DNA of 64,000 nt from Patescibacteria group bacterium. Lineage in GTDB: Bacteria; Patescibacteriota; Minisyncoccia; JAHIHE01; JAGLIN01. The translations under genes were made by a program, and so were the position numbers. This document shows positions 9,296 to 19,745 of this stretch, piece after piece. The DNA lies in NCBI GenBank assembly GCA_041670805.1, contig JBAXYM010000003.1, positions 16,406 to 80,405 on the forward strand, given 5' to 3'. Position 1 is the stretch's first letter, and the number at the start of each line of letters is the position of its first letter. The notes beneath the pieces are model-generated. The model worked only from the letters and a program-made list of their open reading frames with translations. It had not been told where the DNA came from and searched no databases.

Positions 9296-9745
9296 ATGAA
9301 ACTTATCAGCGCCTGCCTGTGCGGAATAAACTGCGCATGGAATGGAAAATCAAAAATTTCCCCAAAGATACTTGAACTTGTAAAATCCGGAGAATTTATT
9401 CCTGTATGTCCGGAACAGCTTGGCGGGCTAAGCACTCCCAGAATTCCGCAAGAAATACAAGGCGGATCGGGGGAAGATGTTTTGGCGGGGAAGTGCAAAG
9501 TTATAAACAAAGAAGGAAAAGACGTAACCGCCCAATTCGTGAGAGGGGCGGAGGAAACATTGAAAATCGCAAAGCTCACGGGAGCGAAAAAATTTATTGC
9601 CAAATCAAAAAGCCCTTCCTGCGGCTGCGGCTTCACTTATGACGGAACTTTTTCCGGCACGCTGATTGAAGGTGACGGCGTTACCACGGCGCTCTTGAAG
9701 CGGAATGGAATAAAGGTGATAAGCAGCGAAAATATCGAGGGATAA
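9296..9745 (+). CDS. DUF523/TudS family 2-thiouracil desulfidase-like protein
   Basis: ISACLCG.NC, VCPEQLGGLSTPR, KSKSPSCG, GDGVT motifs. Confidence 0.88.
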   Translation: MKLISACLCGINCAWNGKSKISPKILELVKSGEFIPVCPEQLGGLSTPRIPQEIQGGSGEDVLAGKCKVINKEGKDVTAQFVRGAEETLKIAKLTGAKKFIAKSKSPSCGCGFTYDGTFSGTLIEGDGVTTALLKRNGIKVISSENIEG

Positions 9746-10086
9746 TCTTATCATAAAAATTAGATCCCATACGATAAAATTTTTATATATTTATTTCTGA
9801 TACTTATAAAGCAATGAATATCTAAATCTGAATTGTTTTTTCTTAACACAGTTTTTTTACATTGTGAATTACCCTGTGTGTCCTATGGACAACACAGGGA
9901 GTTCTTACTTCTTAAAAACAAATCATAAGACTCGCGGATGCAGTTTCTTAGCTAAGCAGGATAAAATGTTGAGGGCTGTCTTTTGGATATGGATATGTTA
10001 ACATTTTTATAATCTGTTTATAATTTATACAAAGAGTTTATTTGGTAATCATAGTAAAATATTCGCAAATATGCTAAATTAATGGC

Positions 10087-10722
10087 ATGGAACAACAAAT
10101 ATCTAGACGAACAGTCAAACAATGCTTGCCAGTTATTAATGCAGTGTATGCCTTTTTCGAAGTGCAAATAGTGGCATATGAGAACTTGGAAAAGAAAGAT
10201 GAGCTGTGCTTTTTTCATTTGGAAAAAGATTTCGGCATTCCCAAGCTATTAAGCGTAGGATATATCTTCGGCGAATGGCTAGAAGGATCAGATTTTATCT
10301 GCAATAAACTCTGCATCGTTAAAACAAATAAAAAGGCTAAGTGGCTTGATTTTATCAGATTGCTTGATAAAAAGATTAATGGGTACAAAGTTGATACTAA
10401 CATTATAGAAATATCTCTTGCATCGAATGGGATGATTTTCAGAAATATCAATGGAATGCGATATAGTTACGATTTTAAAAACGACGGCTTGAAGAAAAGA
10501 ATAATTGCTTTCCTCGCCGAGCAGAATGATTTCGTGCAAACAGCAGCTATCCAAAAATATGTTAAATCTACAAATGTAAAATCTTTTTCAGATGCTGTCG
10601 GGCAGATTAATTCCATTATGGAACAGAAATTGAAGCTACCTAAGGCGCAGAATTTAATCAAAAGCAAACGTGGCTCTGGTTATAGAATTAACCCGCTATA
10701 CAATATCATTTTGACCGATTAA
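10087..10722 (+). CDS. Putative winged-helix DNA-binding protein
   Basis: C-terminal LIKSKRGSGYRIN resembles an OmpR-type wing. Confidence 0.55.
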   Translation: MEQQISRRTVKQCLPVINAVYAFFEVQIVAYENLEKKDELCFFHLEKDFGIPKLLSVGYIFGEWLEGSDFICNKLCIVKTNKKAKWLDFIRLLDKKINGYKVDTNIIEISLASNGMIFRNINGMRYSYDFKNDGLKKRIIAFLAEQNDFVQTAAIQKYVKSTNVKSFSDAVGQINSIMEQKLKLPKAQNLIKSKRGSGYRINPLYNIILTD

Positions 10723-10865
10723 CCAACACCTTTGCATCTCCAGTGGATAAGTATAAAAAATACCTTTATTTAAGAGGTATTTTTTGATGGCTGATGGAGA
10801 TGTGATGGATATAAATTATTTAAAATATATCCCATAATTTTGATATAAGCCTAAGTATAATTTAT

Positions 10866-12146
10866 ATGTCTACAAAACAAAGGTTAGAATGGCACACTGA
10901 AAAATGTTCGGTGGCAGAACTTATCCCCAATGACGAAAATCCCCGTGTAATGAGCCAGAAACAAATCGAGGATTTGAAAAGGAGTCTGCAAAAATTTAAT
11001 TTGGTTGAGATTCCTGTTATAGATACCGACAAAAAGGTGCTGGCAGGCCATCAAAGATTGATGGTGCTCAAATTGTTAGGACGAGAAAACGAGGTCATTG
11101 AAGTTAGAGTGCCGAATCGTAAATTGAGCCAGAGAGAATACGACCAATATTTACTTACGAGCAATCGTGTCCACGGTGATTGGGATTGGGAGAAGTTGGT
11201 ACAAAACTTCGATCTTGACCTCTTGGCTATTAGCGGGTTCGATGAAAATGATTTATCGCATCTCTTTGAAGACTTAACAGTAGAAGATGATGAATTTGAT
11301 GTTGAAGTGGAACTGGAAAAGATTAAAAAACCGAAGGCCAGGCTAGGAGATATTTATTTGCTTGGCAATCATAAATTAATTTGCGCAGATAGCACCGATC
11401 CTGAAACAGTCAAAAAACTATTTGGCAAAAACAAAGCGGATATGATTTACCAGGATCCGCCATACAACATCGGCCTGAATTACAACAAAGGGATTGGCGG
11501 CAAACAGCATTACGGCGGCACGGTTAATGATTCTAAAAGTGAGACCGAGTATAAAGAGTTTCTTGGAAAATCTTTGCAAAACGGACTTTTAGTCTGCAAG
11601 CCCGATGTCCATATCTTTACTTATTGCGACCAATCATATATATGGCTGTTTCAAATTCTTTATCAAGAATTGGGTATTCAAAATAGAAGAGTCTGCTTGT
11701 GGGTAAAGAATAGTTCCACGCCTACACCGCAAATAGCCTTTAATAAGCAATACGAACCTTGTGTTTACGGCACAATCGGCAGTCCTTTTCTTGCCGATAA
11801 AGTACTCAACTTATCAGAGATTATGAATAAAGAAATTGGCACAGGCAATCGCACACTGGAGGACATATATGATATGATCGATATTTGGCTTGTCAGAAAA
11901 CTGAGTGGCTCTGACTATCAACACCCAACCGAGAAGCCACCTATGCTTCATGAAAAAGCTTTGCGAAGGTGTTCCAAACCGGGCGATATTATCCTTGATT
12001 TATTTGCTGGTTCTGGGAGCCTGTTGATAGCTTGCGAACAATTAAAACGGTCTGCGTACTTGGTCGAACGCGAACCAGTATTTGTTGATTTAATAATTCA
12101 AAGATATGAGAAACTCACAGGAAACAAATCCAGAAAAATCTCTTAA
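10866..12146 (+). CDS. ParB-like domain + N4/N6 DNA methyltransferase
   Basis: NPR..GHQR ParB/Srx motif, DPPYN, HPTEKP, DLFAGSGS. Confidence 0.9.
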   Translation: MSTKQRLEWHTEKCSVAELIPNDENPRVMSQKQIEDLKRSLQKFNLVEIPVIDTDKKVLAGHQRLMVLKLLGRENEVIEVRVPNRKLSQREYDQYLLTSNRVHGDWDWEKLVQNFDLDLLAISGFDENDLSHLFEDLTVEDDEFDVEVELEKIKKPKARLGDIYLLGNHKLICADSTDPETVKKLFGKNKADMIYQDPPYNIGLNYNKGIGGKQHYGGTVNDSKSETEYKEFLGKSLQNGLLVCKPDVHIFTYCDQSYIWLFQILYQELGIQNRRVCLWVKNSSTPTPQIAFNKQYEPCVYGTIGSPFLADKVLNLSEIMNKEIGTGNRTLEDIYDMIDIWLVRKLSGSDYQHPTEKPPMLHEKALRRCSKPGDIILDLFAGSGSLLIACEQLKRSAYLVEREPVFVDLIIQRYEKLTGNKSRKIS

Positions 12147-12891
12147 ACACGGCCAGATTTGGCAACTAGGCGATCATAAGTTGCTCTGCGGCAGTTCGTT
12201 GGATTCCGAGCTGGTGCAAAAGCTCCTTGCGGGTTCAAAAATAAATTCCATTATCACTGATCCGCCTTATGGCATTAGCTTTGTCGAGAGCAAAAAAAAT
12301 TTTTCTAAGGTAAAAGTGAACAAGAGAATTCTCAACGATAATATTTCCTCAGAGAAAGAATACTGCGAATTTACAAAGCAGTGGCTAAAAATTCCCTTGC
12401 TTTACCTAGCCAAGAAAAATAGCATTTATATCTTCAACTGTGATAAAATGCTCTTTGCCTTAAAAAAGGCGCTTGACGAACTTGATGTTTATTTCTCGCA
12501 ATTAATTATTTGGGTAAAGAATCATGCCGTAATCGGGCGTAAAGACTATCTGCCTCAGCATGAATTGATTTTATTCGGTTGGTTTGGCGCTCATGCTTTT
12601 AAGCGAAGTAAGGACAAATCTGTTTTGTTTTATCCAAAACCGAATAAGAGCAGTTTGCATCCTACCACCAAACCCATGGAATTAATCAGTCATTTAATAT
12701 TAAATTCTACCGATATCGGCGATACTATCTATGATTGCTTTGGTGGTTCGGGCACTTGCCTAATATCAGCCGAACTAACTAAAAGGCGCTGTCTAATGGT
12801 CGAGTATGACTTAGAATATTGTGCAATTATTATGAAGCGCTGGGCACATATAACTAAACAAGAAATTAAATTAATTTATGAAGAAGAATGA
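12106..12891 (+). CDS. N4/N6 DNA methyltransferase
   Basis: DPPYG, HPTTKP, DCFGGSGT. Confidence 0.9.
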   Translation: MRNSQETNPEKSLKHGQIWQLGDHKLLCGSSLDSELVQKLLAGSKINSIITDPPYGISFVESKKNFSKVKVNKRILNDNISSEKEYCEFTKQWLKIPLLYLAKKNSIYIFNCDKMLFALKKALDELDVYFSQLIIWVKNHAVIGRKDYLPQHELILFGWFGAHAFKRSKDKSVLFYPKPNKSSLHPTTKPMELISHLILNSTDIGDTIYDCFGGSGTCLISAELTKRRCLMVEYDLEYCAIIMKRWAHITKQEIKLIYEEE

Positions 12892-13297
12892 TCAAAACAA
12901 AAAATTATTGCTTGAACAGCTGAGCAAAACACCAATTATTCAAATTGCTTGCGAAAAACTGGGGATTGCCCGTCCGACTTTTTATCGCTGGAAAGCGCAG
13001 GATAAGGAATTCGGTAGGCAGGTCGATGAAGCAATCAGAGGCGGTAGATTGCTGGTTAACGACTTAGCTGAAAGCCAATTAATTAGTGCCGTCAAAGACA
13101 GAAATATCCAGGCCGTTATGTACTGGCTTAAACATCATCACGTGGATTATAGGAATCGTCTGGAAATTGACGGAAACATAAATACCAGCCAAGAATTATC
13201 ACTTGAACAACAAACATTAATTAAGAAAGCCCTTGAGTTTGCTTCCTTTGACCTAGAGCAGAAACAAGATATTAAAACCAATGAAAACGATAGCTGA
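12878..13297 (+). CDS. Terminase small subunit-like HTH protein
   Basis: ACEKLGIARPTFYRW HTH, AE..L...V...N..A..YWLK motif; overlaps the TerL start. Confidence 0.75.
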   Translation: MKKNDQNKKLLLEQLSKTPIIQIACEKLGIARPTFYRWKAQDKEFGRQVDEAIRGGRLLVNDLAESQLISAVKDRNIQAVMYWLKHHHVDYRNRLEIDGNINTSQELSLEQQTLIKKALEFASFDLEQKQDIKTNENDS

Positions 13298-14714
13298 ACA
13301 AACCTACGAGTTGATGTCCGATATTATTAGGGATAAAGATATTCGTACCAAAGTAGCCACCGAAAGCCACTATTGGTTTTTTCATATTTATTTTCATCAT
13401 TATGTTAAATATCCAACCGCTGATTTTCAGAGAGAACTATTTGCTATTACCCAAAGCGATAATATCAGCACGGCTGTCATTGTAAGTTTTCGCGGTTCGG
13501 CCAAATCAACTATCATGACTATGTCATATCCAATCTGGTCAATTCTAGGCAAACAACAGAAGAAGTTTGTTATAATTATCAGCCAAACCCAGTATCAGGC
13601 CAGGATGCATTTAAGCAATTTGAAGCGGGAGCTGGAAAGTAATCGACTATTGCGCTCCGAACTGGGGCCATTCGAAGAAAAGAATGAAGAATGGGGTTCT
13701 ACTTCGTTGGTAATTCCTAAATTCAATGCCCGTATTACCGCCGCTTCTTGTGAACAAAGTGTGAGAGGCCTGCGGCATGGAGCCAACCGTCCCGACCTTA
13801 TAGTCTGCGATGATGTCGAAGATTTAAATTCAGTTAAAACGCGGGAAGGGCGTGATAAAACTTATAATTGGCTGACGGGAGAAGTAATTCCTTCCGGTGA
13901 TCGGAGCACTAAAGTGGTTGTTGTCGGCAATTTATTACATGAAGACAGTTTGCTGATGCGGCTTAAGGCCAATATTGAAGAGAATAAATTAAATGGTATT
14001 TTTAGAGCTTATCCTCTGACTGATCATCGAGACCAAACAAATTGGCCTGGCAAATTTCCTACCAAGGAATTGATTGATTTGGAGAAAATGAAAGTAGGCA
14101 ATGAAATTTCTTGGCAAAGAGAATATTTATTGAGAATTGTACCTAATATCGGACAGGTCGTGCACAGGGAATGGATTCATTATTATGATGTGCTTCCACA
14201 ATCTTCTGAACATTATACATCCACGGTTAGTGGTGTTGATCTGGCTATCTCCAAAAAAGATACCGCGGATTGTACAGCCATTGTGTCAGCCAAAGTTTAT
14301 TCCATTGACGATAGTTTTAAACTTTATATCTTGCCTAATCCGATCAATGAAAAAATGGAATTTCCAGATATGATTAGAAAAATAAAGGCATTAGAAACTG
14401 TTCTTGGCTACAGTATGATATATGTTGAAGATGTCGCTTTTCAAGCTTCTTTGTATCAGCAATTAATTGAAAAAGGAATTCCTGCTGAAGGGGTAAAAAT
14501 ACATGGTCAGGATAAATTATCTCGATTGACGCTAACCACTGCTCTAATCCAATCCGGAAAAATTATTTTCCCTCGAAAGGGCACTGAAAGGCTAATTGAA
14601 CAAATGCTTAACTTTGGAATCGATAAGCACGATGATTTAGTCGATGCTTTCACTTTATTAGTACTAAAGGTTGCAAATAACAATTACAGTATGCCAAGAG
14701 TCGTTTTGCTTTAA
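13281..14714 (+). CDS. terL: Phage terminase large subunit
   Basis: FRGSAKST Walker A variant, LIVCDDVED Walker B, RNase H-like GVDLA...HDDLVDA. Confidence 0.88.
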   Translation: MKTIAEQTYELMSDIIRDKDIRTKVATESHYWFFHIYFHHYVKYPTADFQRELFAITQSDNISTAVIVSFRGSAKSTIMTMSYPIWSILGKQQKKFVIIISQTQYQARMHLSNLKRELESNRLLRSELGPFEEKNEEWGSTSLVIPKFNARITAASCEQSVRGLRHGANRPDLIVCDDVEDLNSVKTREGRDKTYNWLTGEVIPSGDRSTKVVVVGNLLHEDSLLMRLKANIEENKLNGIFRAYPLTDHRDQTNWPGKFPTKELIDLEKMKVGNEISWQREYLLRIVPNIGQVVHREWIHYYDVLPQSSEHYTSTVSGVDLAISKKDTADCTAIVSAKVYSIDDSFKLYILPNPINEKMEFPDMIRKIKALETVLGYSMIYVEDVAFQASLYQQLIEKGIPAEGVKIHGQDKLSRLTLTTALIQSGKIIFPRKGTERLIEQMLNFGIDKHDDLVDAFTLLVLKVANNNYSMPRVVLL

Positions 14715-14802
14715 GAGAATAGCTAATCCAATATTCTCAGTTCAATTTGATTTAAGCTATCTGATTTAGCATAGACAGCATGATGAGTTTTTGTCTATCT
14801 AA

Positions 14803-17430
14803 TTACAAAACTATTTCAGATATAGAAGCTGATTTACTTTTATCTAGAGAATTTGCTTTTATAAACAATTCTATGGCCTCTTTCTCGCTTTTGTCTGACC
14901 AAGCTTTATCTCCTAATTCAGCCAAACATACACTGAATTTATCTGGATTGTAGGCGATCTTAAAATCATTATACTGGAAATATTTTTCCTTTTTATAGTC
15001 TAGTCCTTCTTTCACAAAATGCTTCAAGAAGAAGCCAGTATCTCTCGGATTTTTTCTAAATGTTTTTATGAGGTAATCAGTTACTTCCTCATTACGATCT
15101 CTATCTTCGTCGCTCCAATCAACCGCCCATTGAAAGAGAATAATGGCGAACTCGTTATATTTTTTATACTGTGTAAAAACATTCCTATTTTCCTTAATAA
15201 AATATTTTTTTAATCGTTTTTTGATGATATTTTTTAGTTCTTCATGATTAATATTCTGATGAATTCTATATAAACTGCTGCTTCGACCCTCACTGCAAGA
15301 AAGAACTACCGTAGAAACAAAATCCAAACGTTCTGTTCGTTGAATAATTTCCTTTAAAATCCCTTGAATCTGGTTTTCTTCTATTTTCTTATTGTCTTCC
15401 AATAACCGAAAAATTAATCCGTATGCTTGATTATATTCGTTGTCCCACAAATCTCCACTTTGCATAAATCTGTTACAATTTTGATAAATAACTCTAATCA
15501 ATGTTAGGGCAATCTCTTTGTTAACCTCTTTTGCATACAACTTAAGAAGGTGCAAAAGATCAATTAGTTTTAATTCTTTTTGGTATTTTTCAAAAAACGA
15601 TATTTTGATGTCATTTTCTAAATTATCAGAAAGCTTCCATGCTTTGAGTATGTCATCAAATTCAGAATCAGATATTACGTTTTCACGCACTCCTAATGTA
15701 AAATATTTATAAAAACAATCCGGGTGAGCTATTCTCCTTTTAATTCTGTACTCTTCGACCAAACCTCCATAGCTGTTATTATCAAATGCATTTTTTATCT
15801 CTGGAAAAATATCCTCCAGCAAAGATATAATTATTTTATTATTTTGTGTAATTATTTCTATATGACTCTTTATAGTTTCTCTTTTTTCTCTATCATCATA
15901 TGGCAGGTAAGTATATGCTCTAAGCTCCAAAGACCAAGGAGAGACATAAAACCACCAGTTTTTTCTTATATCATTATATATATCTGGAAAGAAAGTATGA
16001 AAGATTTCTAAAATGAAAAAATCGTATAAGTGTATTTCACGTTCTATAAACGGCAACCTAAAGAAGATACTATTAAGATAACGTTTAGCGGCTCTATATG
16101 TGGGGAAAAATGGTTTTAAATTAGATTGATAAGTTTTTGTAAACTCTTCATCAAACTCCTTTCTTCTAATGCTATCGATCTTGATACCATCAAAAAATTT
16201 ATCAATTTCTGATATGCGTCCGGAATCTGGATATGAAAATAGTAGAAAGTCATCAATCTTTCTATGATCAGTCGATGGCAAATATATCGGCAATTGAATG
16301 ATTTTTTCAACATAATTCACAGGATCGCCTATCTCCTTGTTATTTTGTAAAATTGAAGATACTATCGAAGGGTCAAAACAAAGTAAAAAGACCATATTAT
16401 TCATACGGCTTGTTAGTTTTACAAGCCGGAATACAGCTAGAATCTCATTAGCCTGAAGACGATCAACATCGTCTATAATAACTAAAACTCTCTTGTCTAG
16501 TGAAGCTACAAATTTTTCAATTTTTTCCTTGAGCTTCAACGGTCGATCTTCGGTATTATTATGTAACTGTAAAGATAAATTTGCAAAACCCTTGATTAAT
16601 ACCTCTGGATAGAAATTAAGATAATTCTTCACTTTGTTAGGCACTAAATACTTTTCTTCTAACAACTTCTCTAATCCATGATAAAAGTTCACCGTTAAAG
16701 CATCTTTTTCTCCGAAGAACCAAGGATCAAATTCATAAACTAGCAGTTGTTGGTCATTTTCCAGCTCTCTCTTAAGTAAGTTTAAGACAGATGTTTTACC
16801 TTCCCCCCAACATCCATATAGACCCATGACGAATGATTCTTTAAAAGATAATTTATAAATGTTATCTTTTAATGCATCGGCGAATCTCTTTCTTCCAATT
16901 AGGTCATTGCCATTATCGTTTATCGGCTCATCTGTTAACAGCTTTGTTTGTTCGCCAAGACTATCTATCAATTGATTTTCTATTTTTTTCTCTTTGATTG
17001 TAGACAATAGAGCCTTCAGATATGTTGCTAAAGCAAAAAATATTATAGGGAATAAGACAACTCGAAAGCAAGGTAAATCTAGAAAATGTTTTGATAATAA
17101 CCACCATATGCCTAAAAAACTGACTAAAGACAAACTATCAACAGCAGAAAACTGTGGTTGTTTTATGAAATAAGATTCTCGGTATTTGCGCCAAATTGAA
17201 ATGCCTTTTTTCCAAACGGCTCCAAATATTACTAACTCAAATAATATAATATATTGTGGTGCAGGCAAAAATGGAATAATACTATCAAAAAAATCTTTTA
17301 TATTTGATTGAAAAATTCCAGCAATCCAAAAAAGAAACATACCTGCTGCCGATGAAAGCAGTAAGTCATTAAAATTTATTTGAATATAATTTAAGAGTGC
17401 TACAATTTCTTTGTTTAGGAAATATTTCAT
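14803..17430 (-). CDS. KAP family P-loop NTPase with N-terminal TM helices
   Basis: GLYGCWGEGKTS, FDPW, IIDDVDRL, YVEKIIQ motifs. Confidence 0.88.
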   Translation of the reverse strand: MKYFLNKEIVALLNYIQINFNDLLLSSAAGMFLFWIAGIFQSNIKDFFDSIIPFLPAPQYIILFELVIFGAVWKKGISIWRKYRESYFIKQPQFSAVDSLSLVSFLGIWWLLSKHFLDLPCFRVVLFPIIFFALATYLKALLSTIKEKKIENQLIDSLGEQTKLLTDEPINDNGNDLIGRKRFADALKDNIYKLSFKESFVMGLYGCWGEGKTSVLNLLKRELENDQQLLVYEFDPWFFGEKDALTVNFYHGLEKLLEEKYLVPNKVKNYLNFYPEVLIKGFANLSLQLHNNTEDRPLKLKEKIEKFVASLDKRVLVIIDDVDRLQANEILAVFRLVKLTSRMNNMVFLLCFDPSIVSSILQNNKEIGDPVNYVEKIIQLPIYLPSTDHRKIDDFLLFSYPDSGRISEIDKFFDGIKIDSIRRKEFDEEFTKTYQSNLKPFFPTYRAAKRYLNSIFFRLPFIEREIHLYDFFILEIFHTFFPDIYNDIRKNWWFYVSPWSLELRAYTYLPYDDREKRETIKSHIEIITQNNKIIISLLEDIFPEIKNAFDNNSYGGLVEEYRIKRRIAHPDCFYKYFTLGVRENVISDSEFDDILKAWKLSDNLENDIKISFFEKYQKELKLIDLLHLLKLYAKEVNKEIALTLIRVIYQNCNRFMQSGDLWDNEYNQAYGLIFRLLEDNKKIEENQIQGILKEIIQRTERLDFVSTVVLSCSEGRSSSLYRIHQNINHEELKNIIKKRLKKYFIKENRNVFTQYKKYNEFAIILFQWAVDWSDEDRDRNEEVTDYLIKTFRKNPRDTGFFLKHFVKEGLDYKKEKYFQYNDFKIAYNPDKFSVCLAELGDKAWSDKSEKEAIELFIKANSLDKSKSASISEIVL

Positions 17431-17434
17431 TTTA

Positions 17435-19744
17435 TTAGAATATAATACTATTCCATCCCTTCATCGTTGGAGTATATGAATAATTTTTATCCTGATTAAT
17501 TTTCCACCCGTTGGCATCCTTAACTGCAATTCCACCACAAAAATTCTTTTTTCCCGCTAACCATTCCTGCAAAGCTTCGGCTTTATATTTTGTATCATTT
17601 GATTCGGCAGTAAAGCCTGCTTTAGTATCAATTATCCAAATCTTGTTTTTGGTCTTTATAATCCAGTCAGGATAAAATAGTTTTTCTTTATTCTCGTCAG
17701 GGTTATAATAAGAGATTGAGAAATATTCACTACCAGAATCTCCATTTTTATACCACCATTCAATATCGTTGCTTTCTTCTAAGAATTTAATAAAGAATTT
17801 TTCATTTTCTACTACTTCCTTGCTAATATAGAACGGCTCCATAGCAGAATATTTAACTTTCATATCCTGATAACTATCAGTAAAAAATAAAGAAGGTCTA
17901 GGTATCTCTATAATCTCAATTCTCTTGGAACGAACAGCTTTCTTATTTACTTCCTGGTCGCGGATAGGCCTATAAGTCTCCAATGCCTCTCCGATAATAG
18001 GACGTAAAACTCCAGATTCCTTCAGAATGTCATTTAGTATTGCCTTGTAAGCATCATTACGATTATCACCAAGCATTGGAATTAGCCATACATTTAAAGC
18101 GGTTTTTAATTTTCCCCAAGAACGTTCTGGTGCAAATTTCTTATTCTCATCCGTCTGCTTGCTAATAATATTAAAGCAGACAAGGTTGTATAATCTCTCA
18201 ATATCGTTTTGAGACATTTCTTGATCATGATTTCCTCCCTCGGCTAATAATTCTTTAACGAAATTATCGTAATCATCAATTTCCACACCGACAATAATTC
18301 CGTTAGTTACGCTTGGTTTTATGTCAAAATCCTTGGCAATCAGCTTTTTTTTAGCATCTTTATCTCCGTCTTTAATCCCAAAATATTTATTAGCTATTTT
18401 TTTAAAAGTAGTCTGGAATGAATCGCCGAGATCGTTATAGTCCGAACGGCCCATAAATACTGATTCGATCTGGATTGGCTCAATATTCTTTTTGCGATAA
18501 CTGCCAAAAATTGCCGGTTTATTTTCAGATTTATTCTTGTCATATTCACTAATTACCTCATTGCGTTTATAATTAGTATACAAATAACCTAAATTTAGTT
18601 CTGGTTTGCCATAATGGGTGCCAGTTGGCATGCGAAGAATCCTACCTACAGTTTGAATGGCAAAGGTAGGATTTTTTATTTCCCTAAACATAACCAGCAC
18701 ACCAGCACGAGGACAATCCCAGCCAGTGGCTACGGCTTGTTTGAAGAGTAAAAATTCAATCGGAGAATCGTTCTTTTCAATGTCATCAAGATTAACTTTA
18801 TCTTCAGACAGCCAAATAGCGATGTTATTTTCTAAAACACCTTTCTTTTTTAAAAATTCTACAACTATATCTTGTTTGCTAGTACTGCTTGTTTCCGCCG
18901 AAGCTTTGTCATCATTCGGAAGTTGAATAAGTACCAGGGGATTAATATCTAAACCTAATTCCTTGTAGTATTTTACCAGCTCAATTCGTCTATTATATGC
19001 AAGCTCAAGAAGAATCTCATCTTGATCCATATGTTTGAATTGTTTTTGATTCAAATCTTCTTCGGTCTGAAAAATAATCTTTTCTTTTATTAGTCCTTCT
19101 CGCACAACATCTTCACGTTTCACTCGAACAAACCCAGCTTGATTGTCTTCTATGTCGCTAAGAGTCGGTTCGTATTTTGGAGTTGCAGAAGCACGGATGA
19201 TGATTTTAGGTTTAATTAAACCATCAATAAGTTCAAGAGCTTTGTCGGTGTCAGCTCCAAGATGTTCTTCATCAATAATCACTATGATTTCCCTTTTCTC
19301 TTCATGAGTAGCCTCAATCATTCCATCAAAAGAAACATCCTGTTCGTTTTCACGCCTAATTTTTAAAACTTCTTTCGATTGTCCTTTTAATTTTTCCCAA
19401 TTTATGAAAAAAACACTGTTGTGAGTAAGTACCTTGTGATTAAGATCATTTATATCCAAAAGCTCCAATTCCGAAGCGCCGCCATAATACTCAAAGAGCT
19501 TATTCTTGCTCTGCTCAACAAGAGTAGGGCCTTTGGACATCCATAAAAAAGCAGCGTCGTTACCAACAAAACGAGGATCAGAAACAATATCACGTAAAAA
19601 TTGTGCTAACATCACAGTTTTTCCTGACCCTGTTGGAGATTTGAAAACTAGAGGCAGTTGATTTTCAGAAGTTTTCCATAAATCTAAAAACTGATCTTTA
19701 AGTTTAGCTATGGCAGTTTCCTGAAATGGTTTTAGTGCAAACAT
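17435..19744 (-). CDS. res: Type III restriction enzyme Res subunit
   Basis: SPTGSGKT, IIDEEH, GWDCPRA, QTVGR, C-terminal YPDW..IDTK nuclease; start set at MFALKPFQ just after the mod stop. Confidence 0.88.
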   Translation of the reverse strand: MFALKPFQETAIAKLKDQFLDLWKTSENQLPLVFKSPTGSGKTVMLAQFLRDIVSDPRFVGNDAAFLWMSKGPTLVEQSKNKLFEYYGGASELELLDINDLNHKVLTHNSVFFINWEKLKGQSKEVLKIRRENEQDVSFDGMIEATHEEKREIIVIIDEEHLGADTDKALELIDGLIKPKIIIRASATPKYEPTLSDIEDNQAGFVRVKREDVVREGLIKEKIIFQTEEDLNQKQFKHMDQDEILLELAYNRRIELVKYYKELGLDINPLVLIQLPNDDKASAETSSTSKQDIVVEFLKKKGVLENNIAIWLSEDKVNLDDIEKNDSPIEFLLFKQAVATGWDCPRAGVLVMFREIKNPTFAIQTVGRILRMPTGTHYGKPELNLGYLYTNYKRNEVISEYDKNKSENKPAIFGSYRKKNIEPIQIESVFMGRSDYNDLGDSFQTTFKKIANKYFGIKDGDKDAKKKLIAKDFDIKPSVTNGIIVGVEIDDYDNFVKELLAEGGNHDQEMSQNDIERLYNLVCFNIISKQTDENKKFAPERSWGKLKTALNVWLIPMLGDNRNDAYKAILNDILKESGVLRPIIGEALETYRPIRDQEVNKKAVRSKRIEIIEIPRPSLFFTDSYQDMKVKYSAMEPFYISKEVVENEKFFIKFLEESNDIEWWYKNGDSGSEYFSISYYNPDENKEKLFYPDWIIKTKNKIWIIDTKAGFTAESNDTKYKAEALQEWLAGKKNFCGGIAVKDANGWKINQDKNYSYTPTMKGWNSIIF

Positions 19745-19745
19745 A

